Part shown: positions 13,800-27,037 of the stretch, in pieces
Layout of the letters: each line of letters begins with the position of its first letter
How positions within the stretch are numbered: position 1 is the first letter of the stretch
Assembly (NCBI GenBank): GCA_026914245.1
Contig: CP110439.1
Location: 8,556,001 to 8,620,000, forward strand
Source: Puccinia triticina
Taxonomy: Eukaryota
Length of the DNA stretch: 64,000 nucleotides
Direction of reading: 5' to 3'
Notes under the pieces: generated by a model
What the model was told of the DNA's origin: nothing
Seen by the model: the letters and a program-made list of their open reading frames with translations, nothing else
Database searches by the model: none
Translations under genes and position numbers: made by a program

Positions 13800-16189
13800 A
13801 TGATTTCGAGCCTTTCTCTTAGTTTCTGGTGCAAGCTGTCTATCTTCTTTGGCCTTCAGGTAGTCCTAATAACTCAAGCAACCGATTCCCAACAGCCATC
13901 CTTGGAGAAACGTAGCTTCCCGTTCAGTCCCGGGGCAGCAGCCGGAGCGGGAAGCAATAGTGAAAAACCTCACGGGCCCCCAAAGGATCCATCCGAGACT
14001 CTCCCTGAGGAGTGCAAGCTCAAGCCACTGACACCACAAACTTGGGCCACCCTCCAGCTGGATAACCATCTGGAGAAATACCCAGGCGGGGCTAACATCA
14101 CTCTATCGGTAGGCTTGCCGGTTTCTTGCATCGTGGAAGCGAGCACGGCGCGGAACGTTTATTAATGACTTCTTTCCACAAATTTCATCCAGCAATATGC
14201 CGCCTCCCAAGGAGTACCTAACTTTCAATGTGGTATAGGAAACTCATGCAATGCCGGGCAGGTAAGCTGTATAGGGTCCTTCTCCTCCAATCCAGCCCCC
14301 ACCTTGACATTCATGCCCACAACATATCGACAAGAAAGTAAACTAACATGCCCTGTTTGTTCCTTTGCTCGCTTACCACTTCATCCAGCCTTGTTATCCA
14401 GTCGCCCCACCTGATTGGTACATCTTGTTTGCCGTCCAGCAGTGGAACGTAAAGATGAATACCATGCGATTTGCGATTGCTTATGCCATGAACTTCGTGA
14501 AATGTAAGTCTATCCATTTAAGGCCTATACAGGAGTTCTATCTGAGCAAGATTACTGAGTCTTGAGCGGCCCCTTACAGCAACGATGGCCACCTTATTTG
14601 CAGCCTTGTAAGTCTTAGAAAAAATTTCATGCCTTCCTGACTTAATCCAGTAGCATTTCTGCTGAGGGAGAAAGTATATGGCAATATGTAACTAGTGAGG
14701 AATTGAAATTGTTCCGGAAGAAACTGATGACAATTGTTGCCATCTTCAGGGTTCCGTCTATCGACACATACCAGCTCGACCGGATGAAGTTGAACTTTGG
14801 GGTGAACGGAGCAATGACAATGTGTTCAAACACCGTCCTGCTTGATCTCTTTAGTCTGTTCCACAACTTCCAGGACGCCACTGGAGACGCCCTCAATATC
14901 ATCAACAACATTATGGGCGCGGCGATGTCTGTGGCTGGCGGATTGCTCCCTTCCCCCGATCCACCGGAGGGCCGCCAACGTGAGGGATTCAACTTGGTGA
15001 GCTTGGCGCTTGCTCTCGAGCTGAAGAAAAGGAAATCATACGCCCTGCGTCTTTCCAGAAATAATGTTATTTTCTGACTATGATGCTGGGTGTGGAAACA
15101 TGACAGTGGGCACACTTAGAGAAGCAGATGACTGGATATGAGGAACTCCTGACGACCAAGCTTTCCAACGCCACTTCGATTGTCGAGACTTCGGGTATCA
15201 GTACCGAACAAGGGATCTATGGGCAGCTTCGCAACGGGAACTACATCAAGCCAGTCAAGTCAATCTTCCTTCCGATCGTAGAGGACGACATCAAGAACGT
15301 CACCATTGCCATATCCCTCGTCAAGATCTTGAGAACCCTGGTAAATATTAAACTTGCCTGCTGCTCTGAAGAAACTCCGCCAAGAAATACTTTCTCAATC
15401 TTCCTTTCTTCCTTCTGCATAAATAGGACGCTTTTGTTACCATTGGCCAAGTCAGTGCTCTCAGACCTTCAAGCATCAAATTTGTCTACATACCAGCACG
15501 GCTGACTAGGTCTGGGATCTTTACTTTTTTTTCGTAGGAGGTCTGCAACAAAGACGGGAAGGATGGAGCATTTGAGGGCGACAATGTATTATCATATTGC
15601 GACCGACAGGGCACGTAAGTACTCATTACAATGATCTACGTAGGCTATTTGAGATGCTCGTCTGATTCTACGGTTTTCTCTTGAACTCGGTCTTTTGCGA
15701 TTGAAAAAAAGAATGTTTAATATTATTCGAGTCAAAGAGAAAAAGGAAAGTATGGAATTCTCGAACGCTTGGGCAATCGAGAACCGGTTCGGATACTCGA
15801 CTCAACTTCTGACGAACGCATCATGGACTTGTCAACAAAAGTACGGAGGATTTGAGCCTTTCCCGTACAAAAACTTGTCAGTCTCTTCTCCCCCGCGAAA
15901 GAAATCGTTTTCTCGGTTTTTTTTCCTGATCTGCTGTGATGGATGTTTTTTCATGAAACAGGACTTTGCCCCGAGATGTCTTAGCCGACTGTATAATCAA
16001 TCTGCCAGTGTGTGACTGTCGTGATCCCAGTAAGCTTTCTCTGGCTCTATCTAAATCATTACAAGCAAGAAGTCGATTGACCTAACTCCCCTCTTCCTTC
16101 GTCCTCGCACACGCCTTCCAGAAATCAAGAAACACATTCGTAAGCATGGCGTCATCGAAGCGTGTCGGAAGGCTGGGCTGCCGATCTGA
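13800..16189 (+). CDS. Secreted cysteine-containing protein of a rust-expanded family (DUF7872-like, from recall), multi-exon
   Basis: Signal peptide MISSLSLSFWCKLSIFFGLQVVLITQA; LEKR Kex2-like site; CKLKPLTPQTW..YPGG / NFQCGIGNSCNAGQ / PCYPVAPPDWYILFAVQQWN; ends ..EACRKAGLPI*; canonical introns. Confidence 0.8.
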
Positions 16190-17487
16190 TCTCCCCTAAC
16201 ACATTCATTGGTTTCCAAATTTGGTTTTCATGCTCATTCCATTTTTTTTACTTTTTTGTTTTATCGATTTATATACACTTCAAAAATATCCCAGGAAATT
16301 GGTGTCAGTTGACATTTAGGACTCCAATGTGAACTGTGCTACATACAACTGCAAATTATTCCTCAAATAATTTTTACTTGGCAATGTGCACATTCACTGT
16401 GCATTGTTATACTGAAGTAACTGTTCAGTATGATTTGAGTTGAAGCATAAATATGTTTAATCAAAGTCTCTAGATATCAAATGGCAGCAAATCGGGGAGA
16501 TTTTTCCATAGCAGTATTTATTGGGCATAGTTTGGATGAATTATGTAGCAACTTCATAAATATGCATGACTAATAGGGGGTTTCACAATAAGGATTCCCG
16601 CTTCCCGCGGCACTAAATTTTGTTACTCATAGGCAACATACTTGCTTAAAAATTTGGCATGAATTCCTGCGAGAAATTGCCCCAGCAACCTCATAACATT
16701 GGGGTATTCTAGAGGGCTATCCCGTTCCCCAGCGCAGCACCCAGGGGTAATGGCCTGGCCCCAGGGCAGCTGTTTCAGTCACATCTCCAGGTGCTCCACG
16801 CAACAGTCGGACTTGACTTTATGGTTATTGTTATAGTAAGGATATAGTAGATTTTTTTTTTGACCAATACTATGACAGATAGCACCAGGATTGGTAAAGA
16901 ATTTTTTCTTTACTATAACACAGCTTTCATTTTTTAATTCTTCATACAGGTATGGTATCAGTTAAAGTAATTTATTTTGAATTTTTGGGGGAAGCTTGAA
17001 ACAGCTTTGACCTTGTAACCACAACAAGGCATTTGCAACTAGTTTTACACCTTTTTATTTCAATAAGCTGGGGTAAAAGTACATTTACAGCCAGTTTTAA
17101 CCCTGTTTATTGAAATAGCTAGGGTCAAAACCTGTTAAATGGGGCTCTCTACTGTATCAGCCCATTGGGAAAACTTCCTTCAATATAACCAATAAAGTAC
17201 TGGAGATCATAAAGACATCTATCCTCTACTGGAAGGGCCCAGTTATAGTAAAGCAAAGTAAAGTCCCACTGTTGCTCCATGTCATGTATGCAGACAGCAA
17301 ACACTGTCCCACATTCATGCATACTTTTTAAGTAGTTACCAATGGTGATGAGAGATGAAAACCAAACCAAAAGCAAATTTGGAATATTCCAAAATAGAAT
17401 TCATCCCAAAGTTTCTATTCTTTCTTCACATCTCATTGGTACATGATCAGGTGTTGTCTTAAGGACATTTGTTTTTATAAAACCTTT

Positions 17488-19974
17488 CACCAGGGGGGAA
17501 AGTGTGGCACTCCCTGGAGAGTGCCAGACTGTATGTTCCTTTGGGAAGACTGTCTGATGTCAAATGTGTGAGCATGTGGGATTTAGGCTTCAAATATGTT
17601 GTCCTTATGTTCAACTCAGGCTGATCTTTGATCCACTCCATGGTGAACATGTTGGTAATTGAGTTGAGGGTACCCCCACTTGATGCCTGGTACACCCTGG
17701 TATTCTACACTTAGTGGTGTGTTTCAGGAATCAATTTGAGACCCCCTCCACTCAATGAATGGGTTGTAAAGTCATTGAGTGGAGATTCCCTCCACTTGAT
17801 GACTGTTGGACAGCCATTGATTGGAGGTTGTGTCCACTCAATGACCATATCTAAATTACCAGCCACCAAGTGGAGACATCCTCCACTCAATGACTGGTTT
17901 TTAATGTCATTGAGTGGAGGGATTCTCCACTCGAGGACTGGTGTGTATACTGGCTGTTGAGTGGGGGGTTCCTTACTCGGTGACTGGTTCTACTGGCCAT
18001 TGAGTGGAGACACCCTCCACTTGATCACAGTTCACTAGGCTGGGAAAATCCCAGAGCAGTGACCAGTACTGCATGTTGGTCATTGAGCCGGGCCTCTCCC
18101 AGCTTTAAGGACTGTATGTACTGTACTCAGCGCGGGGAAAGTCCCGGCTTGATGGACAGTATGTACTGTCCATCCTGCTGCACTTTTCCAAGCTGAGTGG
18201 CCAGTGTAGGCTGCATACCGCGCTCGGAAAGGCTGACTAGATGACCAGCATTTGCTGGTCATTGGGCCAGGGCTTCTCGCTGGATGACCAGTATCTACTG
18301 GTCATCGGATTTGAGCTCGGAGAGGCTGCAGATCGATGACCAGGGCATGATGCCTGTCAAGCGCGGCCTCTCTGAACTCGATGGCCAGTTTGTGTTGGCC
18401 ATCCAGTCGGAGAAGCCCTGGTCCGATGACCAGCACCTATTGGTCATTGTTCTGGGCCTGTCTGAGCTTGGTGAGCAGTCTGTACTGTCCACCAACCTCA
18501 GAAAAGCCAAGCTGAATGAACAGTATTTAGTGTACTGTTCATTGAGTTGGGGCTTTCCCAGCTCAATGACCAGCAAACAAAGGTCATCGAGCCTGTGTAA
18601 ACAAGCAACTCGCCAATGTCCACCCTGATGTTTGGCCGAACATGACGGTGGACATAGCGACAAAACAAAACATGCTCCTCGGGGACACCCGGGGATACAG
18701 AGCTGATCCCTGTTGCCCCGCTGCCACTGTAGTTGACTTGTGCCCAGATTGAAACTCCTGGAACACAAGCTTTTTTGGTGATTTGCAACACATATGAACA
18801 CCATTTTTGCCACTACAAAATGATGATGATTTTGATTGTTCTGGATACAGCAGGTCAAAAGAGCATCATTCTTATCTTACACCTGGTGCTAATAATTACC
18901 ATGTGATAAGAGCAATCAACCCCATTTTGTTGCACAATGGCCACGGACATAATGGTAGGTGTGATGAAGGTATGCTACCTGGAGGAAAAAATCGCCCAAA
19001 ACAGTCAGGCAAAAGGTGTGAAGATGATCAATCTACAAGACAAACGGTATGACCCTGCATGCTGAGATGTGTGTGGACATTTCAGAGTTGACTTTTCACC
19101 TCAGAGTTCAGACCAGCTATTGAAATCTTTCTCCTGCTGGTTCCAGGATCATCAAAATATTGATGCATCTATTGATATCCACCAATCTGCCCCCTTCCCT
19201 CTGTGAAGCTTAATAATTTTAACCTCTAGCTGCTGCATTTTTCAGTCAGATGGAGGTCAAGTGAAGGAAAATTGTGCAATGTGTATTCACATACAAAATT
19301 TGCATGGACCCAAATGAACAGCTGACTGCATGGCAAACTTTAACCTGCATAAGTGGACCATCACTTGGTAAACATGGTTGGTGAAAAGGCCTCTTTGATT
19401 GTTCACATTTCATAATGCAGGGAGGGAAGACAGGTTACAGATGTTTTCCCAGCTTTGACACTGTGTGATACTCAAAAAAGAGAAATTTAATTTTACATAA
19501 CTTTCCTCTCAATTGGTGAAGGGAACAGGCATGGCAGAAATATCCCACAAGGATTAATCTACCAGTTAGCTGAGTCTTTGCGGTTGCTATAATTTACAGC
19601 TATCTTTCATTATGTGATTTTATGTGGGTTTTGATTGAAAAAAATCAGCCCTGAAAAATCTTCCTTCTCACTTGGTCAAGGATATCTTTGAGCATCAGGA
19701 TAGTTACATTCTTGGCAAAACATGTTGTGAATTGAAGCTCACATCCTGGATTTTGTTTGATATGAACCAAACAGAAAATTTCAACTAAGATATTTCCATG
19801 TGTTGGAATTGAGTTACAGATCATCCCGCAACCACTTCACCTACAGTTACACATCTGTTGGGAAGAAAATTGAACAAAGAGTTGCAACTCACATCTAACT
19901 CACATCAGACCATTTGACTGACAGAATTACGGCCTGGCACTCTCCAGAGAGTGCCACACTTTCCCCCCCTGGTG
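17488..19974. mobile_element. Non-autonomous TIR DNA transposon with CACC..GGTG ends (CMC/EnSpm-like)
   Basis: ~45-bp TIRs: CACCAGGGGGGAAAGTGTGGCACTCCCTGGAGAGTGCCAG versus the reverse complement at 19930-19974; TTT on both flanks; no intact ORF. Confidence 0.75.
17740..18630. repeat. Tandem arrays of ~44-bp hairpin units (two subtypes), probably a nested element
   Basis: CTCCACTCAATGA..TCATTGAGTGGAG units about 6 times (17745-18030), then TGACCAG..CTGGTCA units (18055-18590). Confidence 0.75.
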
Positions 19975-20667
19975 TTTGGTCTCACCCAAAAAAGAATGCT
20001 TCACCTAAAATAAGTGCTGTGTCAAATGAAAGATAACCATTGATCAAAGGCTGTGAAGAATTTAGTACAGATATGATTGCTGGTCTTTCCTATCTCAGTC
20101 CAATTGCACACTAAAGTGTGGATTTTTAGATCTGAAATTGAGGGTTCTCAAAGTCACTGCAACACACCAATATATGCCATGAAAGCATAAGATCCCCTTT
20201 GGAGGGACTATCAAAAGCTGTAAACTTCTTCCCTGCAAAAAAGGTGTTTCAGCAGAATGCTGCAATGTGGGATCTTTTTATGGTTTTTAACACCGAAAAC
20301 CCTAGTTATGACTCACAAGCCTCAAATTCTCAGGCGTGACCCTTCACATCGGCCATGGGATACAAAATGCTAAAAAAAAGTTGCTTATATGAATCATTAA
20401 ATCTCAAAAAGATCATCCGACGTTGATTATAAGTAACGGATGACGTGCAAGCAGGTACATAGGGCATTACTAAGGTATTTTTTGTTCTTAGTTGTGAAAG
20501 AAGTGTTGCTAGTGGATAAATGCGGTGTGAAATGCATGATGATAAGGCAAGAAATGCGGGTTCTACTATGTCCATATGTCTAGATATAACTGTATGCATA
20601 TATCAGTGAAACATTAATTCGAAGCTCCCATGGCCGTGGACGAGTAGTATAAGTATAGTGTACACAG

Positions 20668-21387
20668 TTAGAGTACGTTCATCGATAGAGATCGTCTTTG
20701 TGGGGCGTCTTTGACGGGCTTTTGCCGGGGCGATCGTGGCTTGGTGGCGTGGTCATTATGACTGCTTGCGGTAATCTTCTGCTTGGTCTTTCCGGCTAGA
20801 GGACTCAAGGACGCTGGATGATAAAAAAGTCTTGGAGGCTGGTGAGAAGCGTCGCCCTCGTCGTCCGAGCTGTCAGAGTCGTCAAGGTAGCCGCCGTTGT
20901 TTTTGAGGAAGATGCCGAGGATCTGGTTATCGAATCTTGGCTGCTTACTCTCTGGAGACGGGCCGACTGAAAGGGTTGAAGGTTTTCTGCTGGGTTGGGG
21001 TAAGAAGAGAGAGGAGAGAGAGGTTGAAGGTGAGGATGACTTGATTGCGGCGCGAGAGAATTGCAAGTCATCGAGCCTGCTTTCGAGGTCTGAGAGTTGT
21101 TTTCTGAGTCGACTCTCCGAATCCTTGATCTTCGATTGTCGCGAGATTGATGACGGGGTGGATGATTGTGAGGAGAGACAAGGCTTGAGTGGAGTCCGCT
21201 GGAGGCTTGGATGCAGCAGAGTCGGCTTCCGCTTGGATTGGGTTTGGAACGGGTGGCCTGCCTGCGTGCTGGAGTGGCCAAGATCACTTTCGGTGAATGA
21301 GTGTGTCATGCTAGGCCGGAAGAGTAAGCTTCTTCGATATGTTGGAAACTGGGTGTACTGAACGCTGTTGCTGCTGGAGTGTGCCAT
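20668..21387 (-). CDS. Hypothetical Ser-rich protein with a short coiled coil
   Basis: 239-aa ORF; ESRLRKQLSDLESRLDDL heptads; acceptor-like TAG just upstream, so an upstream exon is possible. Confidence 0.55.
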   Translation of the reverse strand: MAHSSSNSVQYTQFPTYRRSLLFRPSMTHSFTESDLGHSSTQAGHPFQTQSKRKPTLLHPSLQRTPLKPCLSSQSSTPSSISRQSKIKDSESRLRKQLSDLESRLDDLQFSRAAIKSSSPSTSLSSLFLPQPSRKPSTLSVGPSPESKQPRFDNQILGIFLKNNGGYLDDSDSSDDEGDASHQPPRLFYHPASLSPLAGKTKQKITASSHNDHATKPRSPRQKPVKDAPQRRSLSMNVL

Positions 21388-22503
21388 GTCGCTGGAGTAG
21401 CCTATGTTTGCAAGAAAATGTTTTGAGTCAGGCTTGAGGTCAAGAGGAGACCCTTTTCAACTGGAGAAATGGTAATGGCGTACAGGTTCAAAGTTCTAAA
21501 AGAAACGCCGGTGTAAGAGAAGCCTGATGATTCGAATGCGCCACAGTTCAAAGAAGCCTACAGCTTTAAGCTTTCATCTCTTCGCTTCTGATCCACTTCA
21601 CAGACCATTAATCAGGGTCTGGATGAAAGGAGAGGTGCTGGCCAGTTCAGGATTTGTATTGATAAAGAGGGTGTTGCTCGAGAGCAGGACCAGGGTACTG
21701 GGGCTTAATTTAACGGGGGCAGGGTTGCTTCTAGGAATTTCCAAAGAAAGGTAAGGTAAATATCTGAATAAATATGTGTCACGGTGATGGTTTCTCGTGA
21801 GCAAACGGCACCCGGAACTAAAGGCTCAAGTCAACACAGCAACGAGCCAGCAAGACCGGCCAGGGCATCGACAAGACAGTCTGGTTTGGTGAGGTTGGTG
21901 AGACTGCTGCTGTTTGGCCCTACGCTGATCCCGAGGGCTCAAGCAGGCGTCTGATCCGGATTCCGAATCGTCCTCGTTATAGTAATTTTATCTAGACGCA
22001 CGTACACTACAGCCGAAAATGTCTTTTCCTCGTCGCGCCCAGGCTCCAGCGGTCTCCTCCTCGCGATCTGCCGCATCAGGCCCGCGCCTGACCGTGCAGG
22101 CGCGCAGAGATTTGGTGTGCGTTGCTGCAAATGTGCTCGTGTCCGGCTGAGTGGATGATCGGCGTTTTTCACCTTACATAAATATTTCAATATTTGACCG
22201 GGCTGTATACAGTCGTCAGACTGTGAAGCTCGGGTTTTTGGGTGGAGCAAGCTTGGGCCCCTTGTTCTTTCTCCATTGGGAATCCCAGTCGATGTGTGCT
22301 TGCCCAATCCGCGCTTGTCAGACCTTTGTTCACAGTCGGTTGCCATGCGATCCAGACTCCTCCACTCTGTGCCAAACACACGCACGAGGGCAAGCTCTGA
22401 GGCGCAAAACAGTCGTCCTGGATCGAAAACTTTGATTGTCGATACTAATCGTCTCTATCCATCAGTTTAAGGTTTGTGCATTGGGGGATGGGTACGGGGT
22501 GCT

Positions 22504-22679
22504 CACCTGTGGTCAACTGTATGTACTATACTTTGCCATACCTCTGCAGACCTGCGCATACTACGTAGACCGTACCACTACCACTAAAATAAAAACCCTG
22601 AGGGACCCAGGAGCACTGCAGACTCCAGGTAGCTCGGACAAGGGAAAAATTTAAGTTCCCTCCTCTCATCCGTATAACC
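22504..22679. repeat. Left TIR of the KDZ element
   Basis: CACCTGTGGTCAACTG..CCGTATAACC is the reverse complement of 32376-32551. Confidence 0.95.
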
Positions 22680-23069
22680 ATCATCACCAACCCATTTCTG
22701 AATCATATCTGGCCGTAGTGAATCGCACCCGAGTTACATCACACCTTGTCTTACTACACTAAACCGGCACATGGGTTCATTACACCCGGTTTTTGCCATA
22801 CTGAATAGCCGGCTAGGACATTTGAACTCATCACACGCAGCCAGAGTGACTATGTCACTCCATCACCAGTGCCGGACTGGATGCGCAACCCTGGTGTATG
22901 TGCTTGCCTCTACAATTTGATACTAGTGATCTTTTGCTCGGTTGCTCATCTTTTCCCCCTTGCACATATGTCGTGGATAGTCCATTTCATTACATTTTCT
23001 TTTTGCATTTTCATTCTTCTTGGCTTTTGTACTTGTAAAAGAAATATAGAACAAAACAGATGGCAAAAT

Positions 23070-26000
23070 TTATATGTCCTCCCAGCCTTCCTCGCCATTC
23101 TCTGTCCCAGCACCATTGCCCCTTTCTTCTACATTGGGATCTTGTGATGCAATGTTTCCCCCTTCACCATCATCGACATGCACTCCCAGCACAGCATCCT
23201 CCTCCAGAATCTCCACAACACCCGTAGCTTGATGTGTGGCGCGGCGACTCGTATGAATATGTTGATCCACCACAATCTGGTCAAGTAAAGCCACCCATCG
23301 ATTGAGTAGATCGCCACCGTCGCCGTTTTCCATTTTCTCGCACTGATTCCACAGCCAGGCTATGTCTAGGGACCAATCCTGAATGAGCAGACCGTGATCG
23401 TAGAGAAGAGATTGCAATTCGCGGTTGATTAGCCTGAGCTTTTCTTCTCACGAACAATTTCCAAGGTCCAAGCCATCGATGTGATCCAGCTCAACATCCG
23501 ACTCCCCTTCCTGTAGTTGATTTGCACCTGGCAATAAATAATTGCACAATAAATTCAGCACCGGACTCATGATGGAGATCATTATCAGGATGCAGGTAGT
23601 CAACTCACGTGTTCGGGTGTATGTGATATAATTTCTCAGGTGGTCGTACAATGCTAAGGCCCAGGCCATTGCTCGAAAAAGCTCTTGAGCAATCAGTTCA
23701 AACTCCTCTTGGATCCGATCAAGAAGTAAAACACCGTGTATCCCGCTTTGCACGTCACTGTCAATGGCCCAAGGGGCATCTGAACGATAATATAACCCAT
23801 CATTCCAAAACTTGTCATCAAGTGGCATTTTTGAAAAAGCCTCGTAAGTCAAGGGATAGCTGGATTGATCGGCAACACGCTGTTGGGGATATTTTGTGAT
23901 GTATTTCTCAAATGTGGTGTTAAAAGTTGCAATCAACTTGTTTACCGCAGCTCGCCGTCCTTGGATTGCTTTCAAAATCTTTTGTTGCAGCTTTGTTCCT
24001 AGATGCCGTCCCATAGTCCGCGCCTCAACAATAGGCTGTTTTTCAGCACGCAACTCCACAGCTTCCACATAAAGGTCGGCCTTTGCGCTCCATAAAAGCA
24101 GTAGTAACTTCTTTTCTTCACCTACCAAGGAGCGGGTTTGGCACAATATAAAATAGAATAGTTTCAGAAACTTTTGATACATACTATCCGGTGCAGGATG
24201 ACCCCCCTTGGTTAAATCAACCCACTCCTGCTCTAGTTTTTCCGCCTCACTTCGAATCTTATCAAAGATCTTGTTGACTTCTTCTGCATCCGTAAAGTAT
24301 TGGTATGACTCACTAAGACGCTTCCTACAAAGATATAGGAGTGTAATTGCTGCCATCAACAATTAATACCTACTAGAAAGATGAAAATACATTACCTCAT
24401 TGCCTCGATTGCAGATTCTCTTTTGCAAAGTGATACTAATTTCTCATTACGATCTTCTTGATCTGCAGTGGATTCATTTTTGAATTTTCTTTGATGCTCC
24501 CATTGTTTCCTAAAGAATCGACGAGTGTAACACCTTCCAGATGAAGAATAAGGGTTTCGCTTTTGTAGGAGCTCGGATAAATCCTTCAGAACCAGACGGC
24601 GGCGCTTAATAGCATTATTGAACTTCCTCTTGAGCCAACGGGCTATTGAGAGAAACTCAGAAGTTAGATTTCAGCTTGATCCAGAACAAAAAGAGCATAC
24701 ATACGAAGGCAATTAATTGATCGGGAGTTATGGTGCTTCAACAGGTGCGCCAGTGAACCGAGTCGATGGTTCCGAGTAGAATATCGTAAAGGGCCTATTA
24801 GTCGGGATAGGAATGACCACATACGCTCAAGCCCTTCTCCATCTGACATTCCCCAACCAGTGTTTAGGCGAGGATTGTAATCAACCTGGCAGGACCACTC
24901 ATGAACATATGAGTGGAAAACGGATGTTGCAAACTGGATACGTGGCCGGTGCTCTTTCATGAGATTGCACTGCAGGAAAAATTAATTGAGAGACATTTTA
25001 ATTGTATTTCAAACAATTGAAAGAAGTGATTAAACTGACAAGACGCATGTATTTGTCAAGTGAGCATCCAATATCGTAGAGAATGCCCACCGGTCGATCT
25101 GGCTCAATATCGTTGAGAACCCTATCAATTAGTGCAAGAGGGAAACATCTCTGTTCGCCTGATTTGCTGATGTTTGCCATGTAGATGGCATTGTCGTGGC
25201 GACAGCAGCAGCCCATGAGGCCTGTGTCATCACAACCTTTCCAAGTTGATTGGTTTCGTTTGTTGTCAGCAGCTTTATGGGATTCAGTACAGCGATCCTT
25301 CTGGGAGAAGGGAGCAACTTCAGCCATCTGGAATGAACAAGAATATCCAAAACATTACTAACCTTGTCATCCGGTTTTTTTTGGCGTTCAAGTTCCCTAA
25401 TTTTCGCTGTCATTTTGTGGACATCGGATGGCGGCAGGAAAATATTTGGAGTTTGTATTCGATCATAGTCACGGCTCGCCTTTGCATGGTGCCGGTGTTG
25501 GAAGTTTCCATCGAGGCAGATGATCAGTTGATTCTTGGTTGAAGAAGGGTATACTTTACGGTTGGAAGGCTCGGGTCCAAAGCAGGCTGGGCAGCTTTGG
25601 CAAGCCAGTATTTGCTGAGGTGTCAGGCGAAGTGCTGAAAACATCAAGCGGGCTGTCCTATCTTCAAGCTCCCGATAAATATCCACAGCAGCTGAGAAAG
25701 GTTTTCGTAGTTCACGAGCCTGCCAGAATTGCTTGATAAGTCCACCGGAAACGTATCACAAGATTGAAGAGAAGTGACATACATGGTTGCTGTTTCGGAC
25801 TTTCAGCCGCTGTGATCTTGGTTCCAAGTATTCTCGGAGGGCATTCATAAACGGAAGTGCACCAACATTACAATGGTTCCACAACGAGTTGTGTAAAATT
25901 AGCAGAGGCAGGGAGAAAGCAGTAACTGGTCGAATAGGCGATCCAGGAAGGTAACCGCTTTGGAGCAGGCGGATGGCATCACCAGTACACGAGCAAAAAG

Positions 26001-26560
26001 CAAAGTCCTCACGGCGTTGTCCTGCGGAAGGCATTATTTCAGTGAATTGAATCAACCATGAGAAGCGAACAATTAACCAATTCACCATAAAAGTCAATTA
26101 GATCAATGGTTCTCCGCTGGGGCACGCATTCACATGAGTTGAATGTGTCGTATGATTTAGTTGTGGTCCAGTTTTTTGTGCGCATTTTCTGAGTCATATA
26201 AGTCGCGTGCAAGCTGTCAAGAAGCGAGTCCCAATTAACTTGTAAGGCCTCCTGCCTTAGCCTCTCGAGGTTTGATTGGATTGCCTTGTCGATTTCGTCC
26301 GGCTCTTCGGGTGGCAAAAGATTCATCCAGTCATCCTCCTCTTCCTCTTCGCCCGAAGATTGTTGTTCGTAGTTCTCGAAACTTTCTGTGTCACCCAGTC
26401 TATCATAAAAGTTCGCTGTTGGGTCTTCTGCCTGGCGAACTGCAGCTTCATGACCACGCAATCGTCGAAGAGCTCCAGTATCCCGGTCATGGTTGGTCAG
26501 GCGGCAAAGGACATCACCTCGTTTGACTGGAACGCGCAGTGTCATTCGTCGCTTGGCCAT
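23070..26560 (-). CDS. KDZ transposase with CxC1-type cysteine cluster (multi-exon)
   Basis: Motifs FAFCSC, ARELRKPFSAAVDIYR, CPACFG, CLDGNFQHRH, GLMGCCCRHD, ILYDIGCSL and FATSVFHSYVHEWSCQ..NPR..GWGMSDGEGLERMWS; exons join through GT..AG introns with no obvious lesion. Confidence 0.93.
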
Positions 26561-27037
26561 ATTTTTGAAGCGCTTGACCGTTGATAGTAAGTGGCAAAAA
26601 AGGAAACCAGAAAAACCGCACTCATATCAGCTTGAGGTTAACCGTTACAGAACGAGACAAGCGACCAAACCATGCTCAACCAACCAAAACATCAACCTTT
26701 TTACCCGTTAGTTTAATCAGATGAGTGACTCGGCAAATGTGATTTCGAGGGTGGAGCAGGTCGCGAGTGACGCTAGATTAATTTGACTAGAGTATTCGGT
26801 TCGAAGGCTGAGGTTGGTTGGAAGATATCTTTCCTTGGTTGAAAGTGCTGAACGATCGAGTAGTATTGGTGTAGGTCAGGGTGGTGGTGGTTACGAAGTG
26901 GAGATTAATCCAAGGATAGCAGCTCAGTGGCACATAAAGGCCTTCGCTGATATCAAGTGTGAGCCGGCAGTTATTGAAAAAACATAAAGTACTCATTTTG
27001 TCAAAATGAATGCGTCTGCATTAATGCTGTTAAAAAT

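Noticed and set aside
18284..18858. ORFs up to 187 aa
   Set aside because: They arise from the tandem hairpin repeat and show no domain.
21520..21595. TGATGA..CTGA pair suggesting a C/D snoRNA on the + strand
   Set aside because: No terminal stem and no recognisable rRNA or snRNA complementarity.
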